Positions 62,806 to 64,000 of a stretch of 64,000 nt of DNA are shown here, in pieces. The DNA comes from Eledone cirrhosa (Eukaryota). The number at the start of each line of letters is the position of its first letter. Within the stretch, counting starts at the first letter, position 1. Where the stretch lies: assembly GCA_964016885.1 (NCBI GenBank), contig OZ024740.1, forward strand, positions 72,106,001 to 72,170,000. Reading direction: 5' to 3'. The notes under the pieces were generated by a model. It was given only the letters and a program-made list of their open reading frames with translations, searched no databases and was not told where the DNA came from. The position numbers and the translations under genes are program-made.

Positions 62806-64000
62806 GTATAGTGTGTTAAATATCACATTGTCAATATATATAGTATTAACACAGACATCCTAGTATGAAATTAAACCTGTACTATTGTTGTTGTTTAGCT
62901 CTAGAATAAAGATCCCTATATATTTTAGACCATCATGGAATCATTGATTTCTTATTGACCCCTTTGTCAAATCATTGACCTCTAGTCAACTGTTATGGAA
63001 GCTTTGATTCCCTCATCAACTCAGCCATGGAGCCCTTAACTCATCATTGACCCTGCCATGGAACCATTGTCCCATCAACCCCTACATGGAACCCTTGACC
63101 ACCCCCATCACTCCAGCCATATACAAAAATAAATAAGTATATAAATAAATCAATTACCACTATATAGAATAAACAATAAATTCTGCTGAGTTCAACTTTG
63201 CCTTTCGAGGTTGATAAAATAAAGTACCAGTTAAGTACTGGGATTGATTCTTCTTCTATATCTTTCTCATTTCGATTTTCTCATTCCCTATCCTTCTCTA
63301 GAAGAAATCTGCTGCTATATTCAGACCTGGAGAAGAGATGGGCTCCACCAGGTTTTAAAATGCCCAATAAATTCCCTCAGGAGTTATGGGACCATGCATG
63401 CTTATATAAACCAGAAACCTATATGTTGTATTTTATTGTATTGTTTTATGTATATTCATTTTTTATACAAATGTCGGGTTTTGGTCCCAAAGTTCAATCA
63501 CTCCCCTCCTTCCCCAGGTCACACTTTCTCTAGTTACCTCTAATTAGGCAGACCTGTGATCAGACATTTCAGCCATGACCATCCTGTCCTTTTAGAGATA
63601 GTATAAGCAGGACTGCATATCCAATATGAACTTCATAGTGAAACAGTAGAATGGGTTTGGAGGGAAAGTTGGCTGAGATTTCTAGGTTGTTGAATGAACT
63701 CTTTGATGTTGACCTCTTAGCTCAGAACTTGTTGTTTAGCAGTATATCTACCAATGCATCTGGAGAGATGAACGGTGGTGTTTGCTGTAGTATCTGGAGA
63801 GACAGTCTCAATTATTTTCCTTCCAGTTTATAACCATTCATGTAATAGTTCCAAGTATTAGATTCTTGCTACAGTAGATCGTTATATAAATACTGAGTGG
63901 TCAGTTTTTTTTCTCATTCTACATTGCATTATTGCTACTGGTTGAACAAGATTCCAGATAAGTTGTTAAAATACAGGGAACAAAAATGGAAAACTATTGA

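Noticed and set aside
56409-64000. Next CerS exon (expected YY...E-x-x-FY-x-S motif)
   Set aside because: No matching frame with splice sites was found by eye; it probably lies beyond the window.

Overview
AT-rich, repeat-dense animal genomic DNA. The SINE, RTE and microsatellite landscape looks like an octopus or other coleoid cephalopod (inference, not verified). Only one host gene is supportable: four internal coding exons on the + strand (35586-35712, 52640-52746, 55201-55258, 56358-56408). They splice in frame through GT-AG introns into a ceramide synthase (CerS/Lass/schlank family) segment covering the Hox-like domain and the start of the TLC domain. I found neither the first coding exon nor the later exons, so most of the window is probably intron. 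The rest is tRNA-derived SINEs, decayed RTE LINEs, one R4/Dong-like fragment, TTAA-flanked piggyBac-like MITEs, a Helitron-like element, a 5S-derived fragment, and mini- and microsatellites. Almost all ORFs in the supplied track are spurious. The most notable signal is six loci with type I hammerhead-ribozyme (HHR) architecture, of the kind associated with Penelope-like elements. Four are folded into inverted repeats beside (TA)n or (CA)n tracts. They include a near-perfect 295-bp palindrome with a U3-A8 core variant on both strands, an HHR with a stem II of about 100 nt, and a two-locus family with a CAGAAGA core and a compensatory stem III change. All structures were paired by eye, and repeat boundaries are approximate.
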